Position numbers and translations under genes: made by a program. Positions 45,687-56,815 of a DNA stretch of 64,000 nucleotides are shown here, in pieces. The notes beneath the pieces were generated by a model, which worked only from the letters and a program-made list of their open reading frames with translations, made no database searches and was not told the DNA's origin. This DNA is from Candidatus Sulfotelmatobacter sp. (GTDB lineage Bacteria; Acidobacteriota; Terriglobia; Terriglobales; Acidobacteriaceae), in NCBI GenBank assembly GCA_049583505.1, contig JBAUVZ010000217.1, forward strand, positions 362 through 64,361, written 5' to 3'. Each line of letters begins with the position of its first letter. Position 1 is the stretch's first letter.

Positions 45687-46732
45687 CGGCGGCCTCCAAA
45701 GATGTTCATCACATGCGAAAGCGGATTCTCCGCCGGCTTCGCAACGGGGGCTTTGTCTTTGCCAGACCAGACCGTCTCGGGACGGCTCTGCAACAAAATG
45801 ATCTCGCCCCGGTGATCAATCGCCCATTCGATATCCTGGGGCCGCCCGTAATGACGCTCGATTTTGCGGCCAATTTCCGCCAGCGCCTCCAGTTCCTCGT
45901 CGCTAATCGAAGGTGCGCGCCGAAACTCTTCCGGAGTTTCCATATGCTTGATCCCGCCGCTCTCCGCGGGCACGTCTTGTATGCGCTTGTCGGAAATATC
46001 ACGCACCGAAATTTGGCCTGTTATTTTGCCGATGACAAAGCGATCGGGTGTGACTTCACCGCTCACTACAGCGGAGCCGAGACCCCAAGCTGACTCGATG
46101 GTAATCACGGAGCGATCGCCGGTCAGCGGGCTGCGCGTAAACATCACTCCCGCCGAGCGCGCCTCTACCATCTTTTGGACGACGACCGCAATCGCCACTC
46201 CGTTTTCCGGCGTGCCGTCTTTGAGGCGGTACGAGATCGATGGAACGGAGTACAGGCTGGCCCAACAAGATCGGACGTACTCCAAAACAGTCTCGCTGCC
46301 CTTCACCCAGAGATAAGTATCCTGCAGTCCGGCGAAACTGGCTTCCTCCGAATCCTCCGAAGTAGCCGAAGAGCGTACTGCCAATGGCGAACTGAGATCC
46401 GGTCCGCACAGATCTTCATGCGCCGCCACGATATCTGCGCAAACGTCTTCCGGCAACGGCGCGCTCTTGACACGGGTGCGAAGTTCTTCGGACAACAGGC
46501 GAATTTCTCTTAGGTCCTGTAGCGACAGCGCCTCCACCCGTGAGCGGATACGGTTTTCCTTTTCCAGTTCGGCCAAGACTCGTTCAAACCCCTGAGTGGT
46601 TACGACGAAACCAGGTGGCACGGCGATATTGGCGCGGGTCAACTCCCCCAAGGAACCGCCCTTGCCTCCAACCATTGCGCGATCGGCGAGTGTAATCTCG
46701 GCGAACCAACTGATGTTTGCGGTAGAACGCAT
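45683..46732 (-). CDS. PEP synthase/PPDK N-terminal ATP-grasp domain protein (phenylphosphate synthase beta-like)
   Basis: MVGGKGGSLGEL...VPPGFVVTT, RSSATSEDS..ASFAGLQDTYL and DIEWAI are PPDK_N hallmarks. 349 aa, with no swivel or PEP-binding domains. Confidence 0.85.
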   Translation of the reverse strand: MRSTANISWFAEITLADRAMVGGKGGSLGELTRANIAVPPGFVVTTQGFERVLAELEKENRIRSRVEALSLQDLREIRLLSEELRTRVKSAPLPEDVCADIVAAHEDLCGPDLSSPLAVRSSATSEDSEEASFAGLQDTYLWVKGSETVLEYVRSCWASLYSVPSISYRLKDGTPENGVAIAVVVQKMVEARSAGVMFTRSPLTGDRSVITIESAWGLGSAVVSGEVTPDRFVIGKITGQISVRDISDKRIQDVPAESGGIKHMETPEEFRRAPSISDEELEALAEIGRKIERHYGRPQDIEWAIDHRGEIILLQSRPETVWSGKDKAPVAKPAENPLSHVMNIFGGRR

Positions 46733-46746
46733 CGTTGCTTTGAATT

Positions 46747-46788
46747 CCGGCTGTCCAATCCCGACTGTTCAATCCGGCTGTTCAGATA
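46747..46788. repeat. Three tandem ~14-nt copies of CCGRCTGTYCARAT in the cupin / ATP-grasp intercistronic spacer
   Basis: CCGGCTGTCCAATC CCGACTGTTCAATC CGGCTGTTCAGATA. The last copy covers the cupin stop codon (46782-46784). Confidence 0.7.
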
Positions 46789-47333
46789 TAAAGCTGTTTG
46801 TTAATCGGAATGCCGTGCTCGCGGCAATAGCTCTCGTAGTGATTGATGAACCACCACACATCGACCGTTTCGACGAATTTGCCGTTGTCATCGTAAAACT
46901 CGAGCGGCCCCTGGAGCCAACCGAACAACTTGACGCCGTTGGGATGGTCGCTCACGAGGGTATGGACCAGTCCCGGCGTCTCGTAGATGAAGTTGCCGGG
47001 ACCGGCAACCCAATCGTATTCGAGATAGCGGGCGCTGCCCTCGAGGCAGATCATTACGACGGTGCCGCGATGCTTGTGTGTGCCAATGACGCCGGCAGAC
47101 TTTATCCACAGAATGTTACTGAAAATGTTATGGCGAGTATCGAAAAGAAGATGGCGAATTGCGGCATTGGGGCCGAACGGCACCCAGGGACTCTCTTGCT
47201 CCGAAGAGCCGACAAACGTGCCCGCGATGCCGTGCCGCTTGATCACATCCGTATAAGCTTCCGGTACGTCCACGATTTTGTAAGCCGTAGACGGCGGAGC
47301 CGTCATTCTCGTAATGCTCGATGTTGTCATCAT
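46782..47333 (-). CDS. Cupin-fold protein, 2,4'-dihydroxyacetophenone dioxygenase (DAD)-like family
   Basis: Cupin His cluster GTHKHRGTVVMICLEG...PGLVHTL. The family assignment comes from pattern memory only. ATG 47333/47330 is preceded by AGGAGG; the ORF track extends to 47411. Confidence 0.65.
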   Translation of the reverse strand: MMTTSSITRMTAPPSTAYKIVDVPEAYTDVIKRHGIAGTFVGSSEQESPWVPFGPNAAIRHLLFDTRHNIFSNILWIKSAGVIGTHKHRGTVVMICLEGSARYLEYDWVAGPGNFIYETPGLVHTLVSDHPNGVKLFGWLQGPLEFYDDNGKFVETVDVWWFINHYESYCREHGIPINKQLYI

Positions 47334-47424
47334 GCGCCTCCTCGCGCGGCTTGGCCGCGCCGTCAACTCTGCATCTGCGGTGGTTGAAGCTCTCGTACCG
47401 AATGCCGACAAATAGAAAGCAAGA

Positions 47425-49245
47425 CTACTGAAGAATCGTCACCACGCCCCGGCCGCCATCCACGCGAATGCGCTGGCCGTCCTTAATCTTCTGTGTCGCT
47501 GTGCCTGTGCCCACTACTGCCGGCAATCCGTATTCCCGGGCAACGATTGCCGCGTGGCTCATCGAGCCGCCGATGTCGGAGACGGCTGCCGCAATCTTCT
47601 GAAAAACCGGCGCCCAACTCGGGTTGGTAACGTGACAGACGAGAATGTCGCCGCGTCGCAGGCGGTCAATTTCGTCCACCGACATCACCACCCGGGCGAT
47701 GCCCTCGACTACGCCGCTGGACGCGGCGAATCCCTTGATCTCATTGGAATCCGGCTTCTCGCCAGCGGCCAGCCATGAATCCAGGTTTTCACGGGTAATG
47801 CCCCACAGCATGACAATGGCAGGGTCATCAATGACGTCGGGGACGGGGCCCAGGGCCGGGGGAGTTTCGTGCCTCGCCCATTCGGCAATCGCTGCTTTGC
47901 GCTCCTGCACAATCGGCATCCAGCGCGCGGGGCCACGCGGCGGGGAGCCGTTTGACCACGAGGTCATGAGATCGATAATCGCCGCCTCGACTTCATAGTG
48001 AGTCAGGTGAAAAATGTCCTCGGCGTTTGGGAAGAAACCACGCTCGGCCAATAGCGCCCCAAATTCCCGAATCTTGTTAAAGAACAGATTGGTGTACCAA
48101 TGCTCACAATAAAATTTGTGTCCTTCGACGTAAGGGAACACGCGATGCACGAGCTGAATCATCTGGTCATACGCGGCGCGCTCTTGCTCGCTATTGAGCA
48201 GCTCGCGGTAATCATGGATGAGCTGCTGGCGCTCAGCCATCAGCTTGGCGACCGGCCGCTCGATGCGTTCGCCGGCTTTCAAATTGGCGATGTAGCCGGG
48301 CAGCGAGGCAAAGGGCATCGAGAGATCGTCGTTCCAGGAACGATGGTAGTGGTAGAAGCCGTCACCAACATTAATGTTGAACCACGGGTCGCGCGAGACC
48401 GCCAACTCCTCGAGCCACTTCCGGCCAGATTTAGACCGCTCCAGAGCTTGCATGATGTCGCCGGGAGCAGCGCCATCGTGGAAAAGGGCATCGACTCCCA
48501 GTTCAATAGCGCATTTGGCGAGGCGGCGGAGCTCGTCGTCGGGACGAAAGATTTCCGCTTCCATGCCGGCGACCATGCAGGCCACCGTCTGGTCGCTGAT
48601 TTCCGGGAAGGCCTTTTTACAAAAATCAAAGAAAGTAAGATATGCGCCATAGCCGAGCAGGAGAAACTCGAAGTGATGGTGCCACATGCGGAAGTAGCCT
48701 TCGAGCGTCTTCTGGTAGATATCGAGGAGGTAGTGGTTGGAGGCAATGCCGCGCCCAGCGCGGACATGCTCCAGGGGCTCGAACTCGGGCAGCGAAAGCT
48801 TCGGTAGCGCCTCGGCAGCCCGGATCAGGGCCAGCATCTTGTTTTTCCAGTGTGCGAATAATTCTTCCCAGTGCTCGTAGTAATAGAAGGCCCGTTGCTG
48901 GAATTCCTTTGTGCGCCGGGCAATCTCGACAGGATCGGTCACCGCGTTGCCGCCGATGTAGATTCGCCCGTTGATGATGCGGTAATCAATTCCGAGCGTC
49001 GTCGGGAGGCTGTGCACCCGCGTGTTGGCCGCGCCCAGGGCGCAATAAGCGGCTTCTGCCGTGGTGACGTCGAACACGCTCATTGGCTCCGGGAAATGCA
49101 TGGAGTTGTAAAACCAGAAGCGGTCGTCATCTTCTTTGGCGAACTGCATGTAGTAGGGATAGGCGGCTTGCGCCGTTTGCGTGCCCGGGATGACCTTCAA
49201 GGAACTCGGAAGCGGAAAGCATCGCGTGTTGACGGTTGTGCTCAT
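47425..49245 (-). CDS. PEP-utilizing enzyme with C-terminal phosphohistidine swivel domain (phenylphosphate synthase alpha-like)
   Basis: C-terminal VCHVTNPSWAPVFQKIAAAVSDIGGSMSHAAIVAREYGLPAVVG is the swivel His domain. It follows about 480 aa with no ATP-grasp. ATG 49245 is preceded by GGAAGG. Confidence 0.8.
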   Translation of the reverse strand: MSTTVNTRCFPLPSSLKVIPGTQTAQAAYPYYMQFAKEDDDRFWFYNSMHFPEPMSVFDVTTAEAAYCALGAANTRVHSLPTTLGIDYRIINGRIYIGGNAVTDPVEIARRTKEFQQRAFYYYEHWEELFAHWKNKMLALIRAAEALPKLSLPEFEPLEHVRAGRGIASNHYLLDIYQKTLEGYFRMWHHHFEFLLLGYGAYLTFFDFCKKAFPEISDQTVACMVAGMEAEIFRPDDELRRLAKCAIELGVDALFHDGAAPGDIMQALERSKSGRKWLEELAVSRDPWFNINVGDGFYHYHRSWNDDLSMPFASLPGYIANLKAGERIERPVAKLMAERQQLIHDYRELLNSEQERAAYDQMIQLVHRVFPYVEGHKFYCEHWYTNLFFNKIREFGALLAERGFFPNAEDIFHLTHYEVEAAIIDLMTSWSNGSPPRGPARWMPIVQERKAAIAEWARHETPPALGPVPDVIDDPAIVMLWGITRENLDSWLAAGEKPDSNEIKGFAASSGVVEGIARVVMSVDEIDRLRRGDILVCHVTNPSWAPVFQKIAAAVSDIGGSMSHAAIVAREYGLPAVVGTGTATQKIKDGQRIRVDGGRGVVTILQ

Positions 49246-49511
49246 GCGTACCTTCCGATCGACGGCTGTATTTCGCACCCGACCCTACTGAGATTGGACC
49301 GGAGATGTCGATTCCCTTTCCTGCTTTGAAGCCCATGTTCCGCGGCCGGAGAAGACGCTGTCGAGGAGCCTCCGCACAGTGGTTTAGATCCGAAACATAC
49401 CTGCAGTTGGAATCCCCCAGTAATGGCGGAGATTATACCCCTACTCGCAAGGCCCTTTGCAGAGGCTTTCGCAACGACGAATGTTCATCCAGTTACACGA
49501 GCCTATCCCCG

Positions 49512-50042
49512 CTATCGGCTTCCGTTCCGCGATTTGACGAAACCTCGATCAAGAGGTGCGCGGCTTTCATCGTTGTTCAGGTGAACGAATTTCTTCAGGA
49601 GTTGCATAAAAATCTTTTGCTCTTCCCTGTTCAGCGCTTGAAGCAGGCGGCTGGCGAGAACGGCGCTGCGGGGAATAAGCTTTTTCAGGAGCGCGGCCCC
49701 TTCCGGAGTCAGATGAAGCAGGCGAAAGCGTTTGCTCTTCATCGGCATCATCCGGCGGACAAGTCCCCGCTCCTCCAGTCGCACGGCGAGATCGGCGGCG
49801 GTGGAAGTATCGAGGGCACAAAATCTCGCCAACGTGACTTGATCAATCTCCGGATGCTCCTGAAGAACACGCAGCACGCAATATTGGATAGGGGTAATAC
49901 CATTACCCATGGTCGAATGAAACAACGAAACCGCTATCTGTTGGGCGCGCCGGATTAAGTGGCCCGGTTCGTCGTACACCTCTCCGGCCGACCCGTTGTT
50001 GCGGCGGATCCTCTGCGTAGATCGCTTGGCAGTAAAGCTCAT
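49512..50042 (-). CDS. MarR family transcriptional regulator
   Basis: ITPIQYCVLRVL....IDQVTLARFCALDTSTAADLAVRLEERGLV.R is the wHTH MarR pattern. It is divergent from the CoA ligase gene. Confidence 0.85.
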   Translation of the reverse strand: MSFTAKRSTQRIRRNNGSAGEVYDEPGHLIRRAQQIAVSLFHSTMGNGITPIQYCVLRVLQEHPEIDQVTLARFCALDTSTAADLAVRLEERGLVRRMMPMKSKRFRLLHLTPEGAALLKKLIPRSAVLASRLLQALNREEQKIFMQLLKKFVHLNNDESRAPLDRGFVKSRNGSR

Positions 50043-50156
50043 GCTGGCCCTATTGTAAGAGAAGACGTGGGCGCTTCCCACCGCTTGCGGCGCGGGACTA
50101 CATCCAGTAAGCTCGTCCCGTTGAGTACACTGAACCATAGTACGGATTCTCACCAT

Positions 50157-51995
50157 TTGCCGCTACGGCCAGTACGCTTCTTCTCCCCCGATGTCGAACT
50201 AACCCGCCGTGCGGACGGCAGTTTGCTGATGCGGTCCGTGGAGCCTTTGGGGGAATACAACTCTCGCGTGGGGGAGTGGCTGGACCGGTGGGCGCGGGAA
50301 GCGCCAGACCGTACTTTTATTGTTGAGCAGACTCCAACGGGAGAGCGATGTACCTCTTACGGAGAGGCTCGAAAGTCGGTGCTGCTGCTGGCTGAGGGCT
50401 TGCTCAGCTACGGACTGGGTCCGGAGCGGCCGCTCGCAATTCTCGCCGAAAATGGGATCGATCACGCACTCATCATGTTGGCGGCGGTTTACGTGGGCAT
50501 TCCGGTTGCTCCCATTGCTCCTGCTTACGCCCTGCAATCGATCGATTACGTAAAGCTGTCCTATGCTTTTAAGCTACTGACCCCCGGAATGGTCGTGGTC
50601 GACGATGGGGCGCGTTATCGCCAACCGATTGAATACGCTCTCAAAACCGATATTCCAGTAATCGCGCTACGCAACGCGTCAGCCGCTGCCAAATGGCGCG
50701 ATCTTGCATCGCTGCAGGGTGATGGCAGTCATCACGGTGAAGTGCGCGAGGCAGCGGCGCGGGTCGATCGGCAAACGATCGCAAAGTTTCTGTTTACCTC
50801 CGGCTCGACCGGCATGCCGAAAGTTGTCATCAACACGCATGGCATGATCTGCTGCAATTCCCAGATGAAGCGCCAGGTTGCGCCATGCCTGGAGGAAGAA
50901 CCGCCCGTGATGGTCGATTGGGCTCCCTGGAATCACACCGCGGGCAGCAACAGCAATTTCAGTATCATTCTTCACAATGGTGGAACTCTGTATATCGATC
51001 CCGGAAAACCGACTCCCGCAAAGTTTGCCGCCAGCCTGGAACTGCTCCGGCGGGTTTCGCCGACCATTTACTTCAATGTGCCTCGCGGCTACGAACTGTT
51101 GCTACCGCACTTGGAGGCCGACCGCAAATTTCGCGAGCATTTTTTTCGCCGTCTGCAGTTTCTCTGGTATGCAGCGGCTTCGATGCAGCCGGCGACCTGG
51201 TTCGATCTCGAACGGCTCGCCGTGGAAACGGTTGGGCACAGGATTTTAACCGTGAGCGGCCTCGGTATGACCGAAACCGCACCCATTGCGCTCTTCGGCA
51301 ACGCCGAGGCAAGCGGCCCCGGCGTGGTTGGCATACCGGTCGCGGGCGTCGAGCTCAAGCTCATCCCGGACGATACCAGCTTCGAAGTGCGTTATCGGGG
51401 TCCGAATGTCACGCCGGGCTATTGGCGCGATCCTGCGGCCACCGAGGCTGTTTTCGATGAAGAAGGATTCCTGCGCTCCGGCGATCTGCTGAGTTTTATT
51501 GACCCGCAACGTCCGCAGGCGGGTCTGCGTTTCGATGGAAGGATGAATGAAGTTTTCAAGCTGGACTCGGGCACTAAGGTCAGCGCCGGCAAGTTGCGCC
51601 TGGACGCACTGGACGTGCTGCGCCCCCTGGCCCAGGAAGTTGTGGTCGCCGGAGCTGACCGCAAAGACGTGCGCATCCTTATTTTTCCCGACTGGGAGGT
51701 ATGCGCCGCCGCTGCCGGTCTGGATGGCGCCGCTAAGCCCGCACAAATCGCCGTGAACCCAACCGTCCGGGCTATGTTTCACGAACGCCTCGCCAAACTC
51801 TACTCCGCCGGAACCGGCAGCTCCAACCGCATCGTCGCTGGGTTGCTGGTCGAAGACCCGCCATCCAGCGAGGCCGGCGAGCTGACAGAGAAAGGCACGG
51901 TCAACAGCCGCGCCTTGCAGCGCAATCGGCCTGAGCTTCTCGACGCTTTGTTCGGGGACCGAGATGAACGCGTGCTGCGTGCAGGACGTGCTTGA
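50157..51995 (+). CDS. Feruloyl-CoA synthetase-like ANL ligase (hydroxycinnamate-CoA ligase candidate)
   Basis: FFSPDVELTRRADGSLLMRSVEPLGEY...WAREAPDRTF resembles Fcs-type N-termini. FTSGSTGMPKVV (A3 core) and GLGMTETAP are present. Start proposed at TTG 50157. Confidence 0.75.
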   Translation: MPLRPVRFFSPDVELTRRADGSLLMRSVEPLGEYNSRVGEWLDRWAREAPDRTFIVEQTPTGERCTSYGEARKSVLLLAEGLLSYGLGPERPLAILAENGIDHALIMLAAVYVGIPVAPIAPAYALQSIDYVKLSYAFKLLTPGMVVVDDGARYRQPIEYALKTDIPVIALRNASAAAKWRDLASLQGDGSHHGEVREAAARVDRQTIAKFLFTSGSTGMPKVVINTHGMICCNSQMKRQVAPCLEEEPPVMVDWAPWNHTAGSNSNFSIILHNGGTLYIDPGKPTPAKFAASLELLRRVSPTIYFNVPRGYELLLPHLEADRKFREHFFRRLQFLWYAAASMQPATWFDLERLAVETVGHRILTVSGLGMTETAPIALFGNAEASGPGVVGIPVAGVELKLIPDDTSFEVRYRGPNVTPGYWRDPAATEAVFDEEGFLRSGDLLSFIDPQRPQAGLRFDGRMNEVFKLDSGTKVSAGKLRLDALDVLRPLAQEVVVAGADRKDVRILIFPDWEVCAAAAGLDGAAKPAQIAVNPTVRAMFHERLAKLYSAGTGSSNRIVAGLLVEDPPSSEAGELTEKGTVNSRALQRNRPELLDALFGDRDERVLRAGRA

Positions 51996-52036
51996 TTTCA
52001 ATCAGCATCGTCTGGATTGTGAAGCAAACCGATTGC

Positions 52037-54175
52037 CTACTGCAATGCTGACGTCTTGTCCCACTGTTCGAAGCTCACTCCCTCGGCCGCAAGGCGCTCA
52101 ATCAATGCGGCCGGGCGCCAATAATGACCGAGCGTTTCATGATAGTGGCGAATGCGCTCTAGCACGAGGGGAAGTCCCAGCGCATCGGCGTAAAACATCG
52201 GCCCTCCCATGTGGCGTGGAAAACCGTAGCCGCTGGTCCAGACCACATCAATATCGGCGGCGCGTGCTGCGATCCCTTCTTCGAGCACCATGGCCCCGAC
52301 ATTGATCAGCGACAACAAGCATCGCTCAACGATCTCTTGATCGCCGATCTCGCGCCGCTTTATACCTCTCTCGGACGCAAGCTTCTCAATGAGGCTGATC
52401 ACTTCGGGGTCGGGCACAGCTTCCCGGCTGCCACTTTCATAACGATAGAAACCGCGGCTGGTCTTCTGCCCAAGGCGGCCCATCTCCGTGAGGCGGTCGG
52501 CGATGACGAAGTACGGGTCAGGGCGGCTCTCCCGCTTGAAAAGCTGGATGCGCGCCTTGGTACCGACATCGTTGCCCCCCAGGTCGCTTACTCGCTGCGG
52601 CCCCATGGCGAAGCCAAAGTTCTCGAGCGCGTCGTCAACCTGTGCCGGTGTGGCGCCCTCCAGCAGCAACTGCTCGGCTTCGCGCCAGTAGCCATCGAGC
52701 ATCATCCGGTTCCCGATGAAACCGAAAGCGTCACGCGAAATAACCGCAATCTTTTTGAGCAACTTTGCGACGCACAATGCCGCTGACAGGCTGTCGGGCG
52801 TGGTATAGGAAGTGCGAACAATCTCCAAAAGCTTCGACGCGTGTGCCGGAACAAAAAAATGCAGGCCCAATACGCGTTCTGGATGCGCCGTGGCACGGGC
52901 CAGTTCGATCACAGAAAGCGTAGAGGTATTGGTGGCGATGAGGCGCTGAGAAGGAACAAGAGAGTCGAGGCGCGACAAGACCTCCTTTTTCAACTCCAGG
53001 TCTTCGAATACAGCTTCGATTACAAGATCGGCATCGGCCACCTCGGCCAAAGCCGGGCTGCTTCTGATGCGCTGAATACGCTCCTCGGCGACGCTTTGGG
53101 TAATGCGGCCACGCTTAACGCTGGATGCGTAGCCTGATTGAACAGACTCACGGCTGCGATTCAGGGCGGCAGGATCGTTATCATTGACCAGCACTTCGAG
53201 TCCAGCGTCTGCAAAAGCCATAGCGATGCCGCTGCCCATCGTCCCGACGCCAACGATCGCCACGCGCCGGATTGCTGGTGGCTGAGCTGGTCTGACATTG
53301 ACAGAAGACACTCCCGGTAATTTTCCGGACTCGCGCTCTGCGAAGAATACGTGCCGCAGCGCCAGACTCTCGCGCGAAGCCAATGACTTTTGTGCAAGAC
53401 CGGCTTCTATGGCGATCCCTTCCGAGAATGGCAGTTTGGAAGCTTTGATCGCCTCGATTACCAGATACTGCGTTGTGCGTCCCCTCAGCGCGCGGCCATG
53501 ACGAAGCAGTGCAGCGTCAATCGCGCCTTCATCGAGGTCGTCGACGACGGTGCGGTTACACGTCGGGCGCGGGCCGAGTTGCGCGTCTACAACGCGTTTG
53601 CAGAAACTGAGCGCGGCCTCCCGTAGATCTCCTTCCGCAACCTCATCCACCAGTCCCTTGGCCTTGGCATCAAGCCCGGAAATCGGTGTGCCAGACAGAA
53701 TCATATCTAACGCCGCGCTGGCGCCGATCAACCTTGGGAGGCGTTGTGTCCCGCCAGCGCCCGGAATGATTCCCAGCGTGATCTCCGGCAATCCGAGTTT
53801 TGCGTCTTTGTGCGCGAGGCGATAATGACAGGCCATGGCCAGTTCCAGTCCACCGCCGACAGCGAGTCCCTGCATCGCGGCGACCACAGGGACGGGAGAG
53901 GATTCAATTTTGCTCTGAACTGGCTGAAAAGAGGGCTCGCCTTGCGGACGATCGAACTCAGTGATATCGGCGCCTGCGCTGAACATCTCGCCGCGGGACG
54001 TGATTAACAACACCTTGACGCCGCCGTTCTGTTCGGCGCGCGCGAAGGCATCCACGAGCCCCTGCCTCACAGAGTGGCTGATCGCGTTCACTGGCGGATT
54101 GTCGGTCCAAATCAGCCCCACAGGCCCGAAGACATCGAATGTCACGATTGTTGACGCGGCTGTGTGTCCGTTCAT
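52037..54175 (-). CDS. Bifunctional enoyl-CoA hydratase / 3-hydroxyacyl-CoA dehydrogenase (FadB/FadJ-like)
   Basis: An N-terminal crotonase fold (FSAGADI, GGGLELAMACH) followed by a Rossmann motif VAIVGVGTMGSGIA and 3HCDH domains. Start set at ATG 54175. Confidence 0.9.
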   Translation of the reverse strand: MNGHTAASTIVTFDVFGPVGLIWTDNPPVNAISHSVRQGLVDAFARAEQNGGVKVLLITSRGEMFSAGADITEFDRPQGEPSFQPVQSKIESSPVPVVAAMQGLAVGGGLELAMACHYRLAHKDAKLGLPEITLGIIPGAGGTQRLPRLIGASAALDMILSGTPISGLDAKAKGLVDEVAEGDLREAALSFCKRVVDAQLGPRPTCNRTVVDDLDEGAIDAALLRHGRALRGRTTQYLVIEAIKASKLPFSEGIAIEAGLAQKSLASRESLALRHVFFAERESGKLPGVSSVNVRPAQPPAIRRVAIVGVGTMGSGIAMAFADAGLEVLVNDNDPAALNRSRESVQSGYASSVKRGRITQSVAEERIQRIRSSPALAEVADADLVIEAVFEDLELKKEVLSRLDSLVPSQRLIATNTSTLSVIELARATAHPERVLGLHFFVPAHASKLLEIVRTSYTTPDSLSAALCVAKLLKKIAVISRDAFGFIGNRMMLDGYWREAEQLLLEGATPAQVDDALENFGFAMGPQRVSDLGGNDVGTKARIQLFKRESRPDPYFVIADRLTEMGRLGQKTSRGFYRYESGSREAVPDPEVISLIEKLASERGIKRREIGDQEIVERCLLSLINVGAMVLEEGIAARAADIDVVWTSGYGFPRHMGGPMFYADALGLPLVLERIRHYHETLGHYWRPAALIERLAAEGVSFEQWDKTSALQ

Positions 54176-54211
54176 GTCTCTATCTTTAGCATATGACAAA
54201 ATGCTTTCATG

Positions 54212-54225
54212 TTCCGTATACTGAA
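54212..54225. promoter_or_regulatory. Operator-like near-palindrome TTCCGTATACTGAA in the fadB-like / ligM-like divergent spacer
   Basis: It differs at one position from the core of the perfect palindrome at 56559-56574. Both are followed by (C/T)GTCG. Confidence 0.45.
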
Positions 54226-54240
54226 CGTCGCCTTGCCTAG

Positions 54241-56552
<2,312 letters not shown>

Positions 56553-56558
56553 CGCACT

Positions 56559-56574
56559 ATTCAGTATACTGAAT
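56559..56574. promoter_or_regulatory. Perfect 16-bp palindrome ATTCAGTATACTGAAT (operator candidate) in the metF / dioxygenase divergent spacer
   Basis: Self-complementary 16-mer starting 7 nt upstream of the metF ATG. A second palindrome, ATGTATACAT, lies at about 56616-56625. Confidence 0.5.
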
Positions 56575-56815
56575 GTCGGTACATTTGCTCATGGCGATTG
56601 GAGAATTGTCAAGCGCGATGTATACATATATGTGCGCTTCTCCTGCATCGGACCGGCCACAAGGAACATTTGACACCCTGTTCGACAGGTTGTTCGTGAT
56701 CGAGAGCTTTAGTGAGTGTGCTTGCGCCGTCTGCGAGGAAACTGTGGCGGATGATCCGGCCCGCGGGTAAGGAGCCAAGCCAACGTTGAAAAGCTGCGCT
56801 CACAAAAGGTGAATC

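Noticed and set aside
49432-49437. Perfect TATAAT on the minus strand ~150 nt upstream of the dikinase operon start
   Set aside because: The best -35 candidate (TGCAAA with an 18-nt spacer) is weak, and a single hexamer match is not sufficient to call a promoter.
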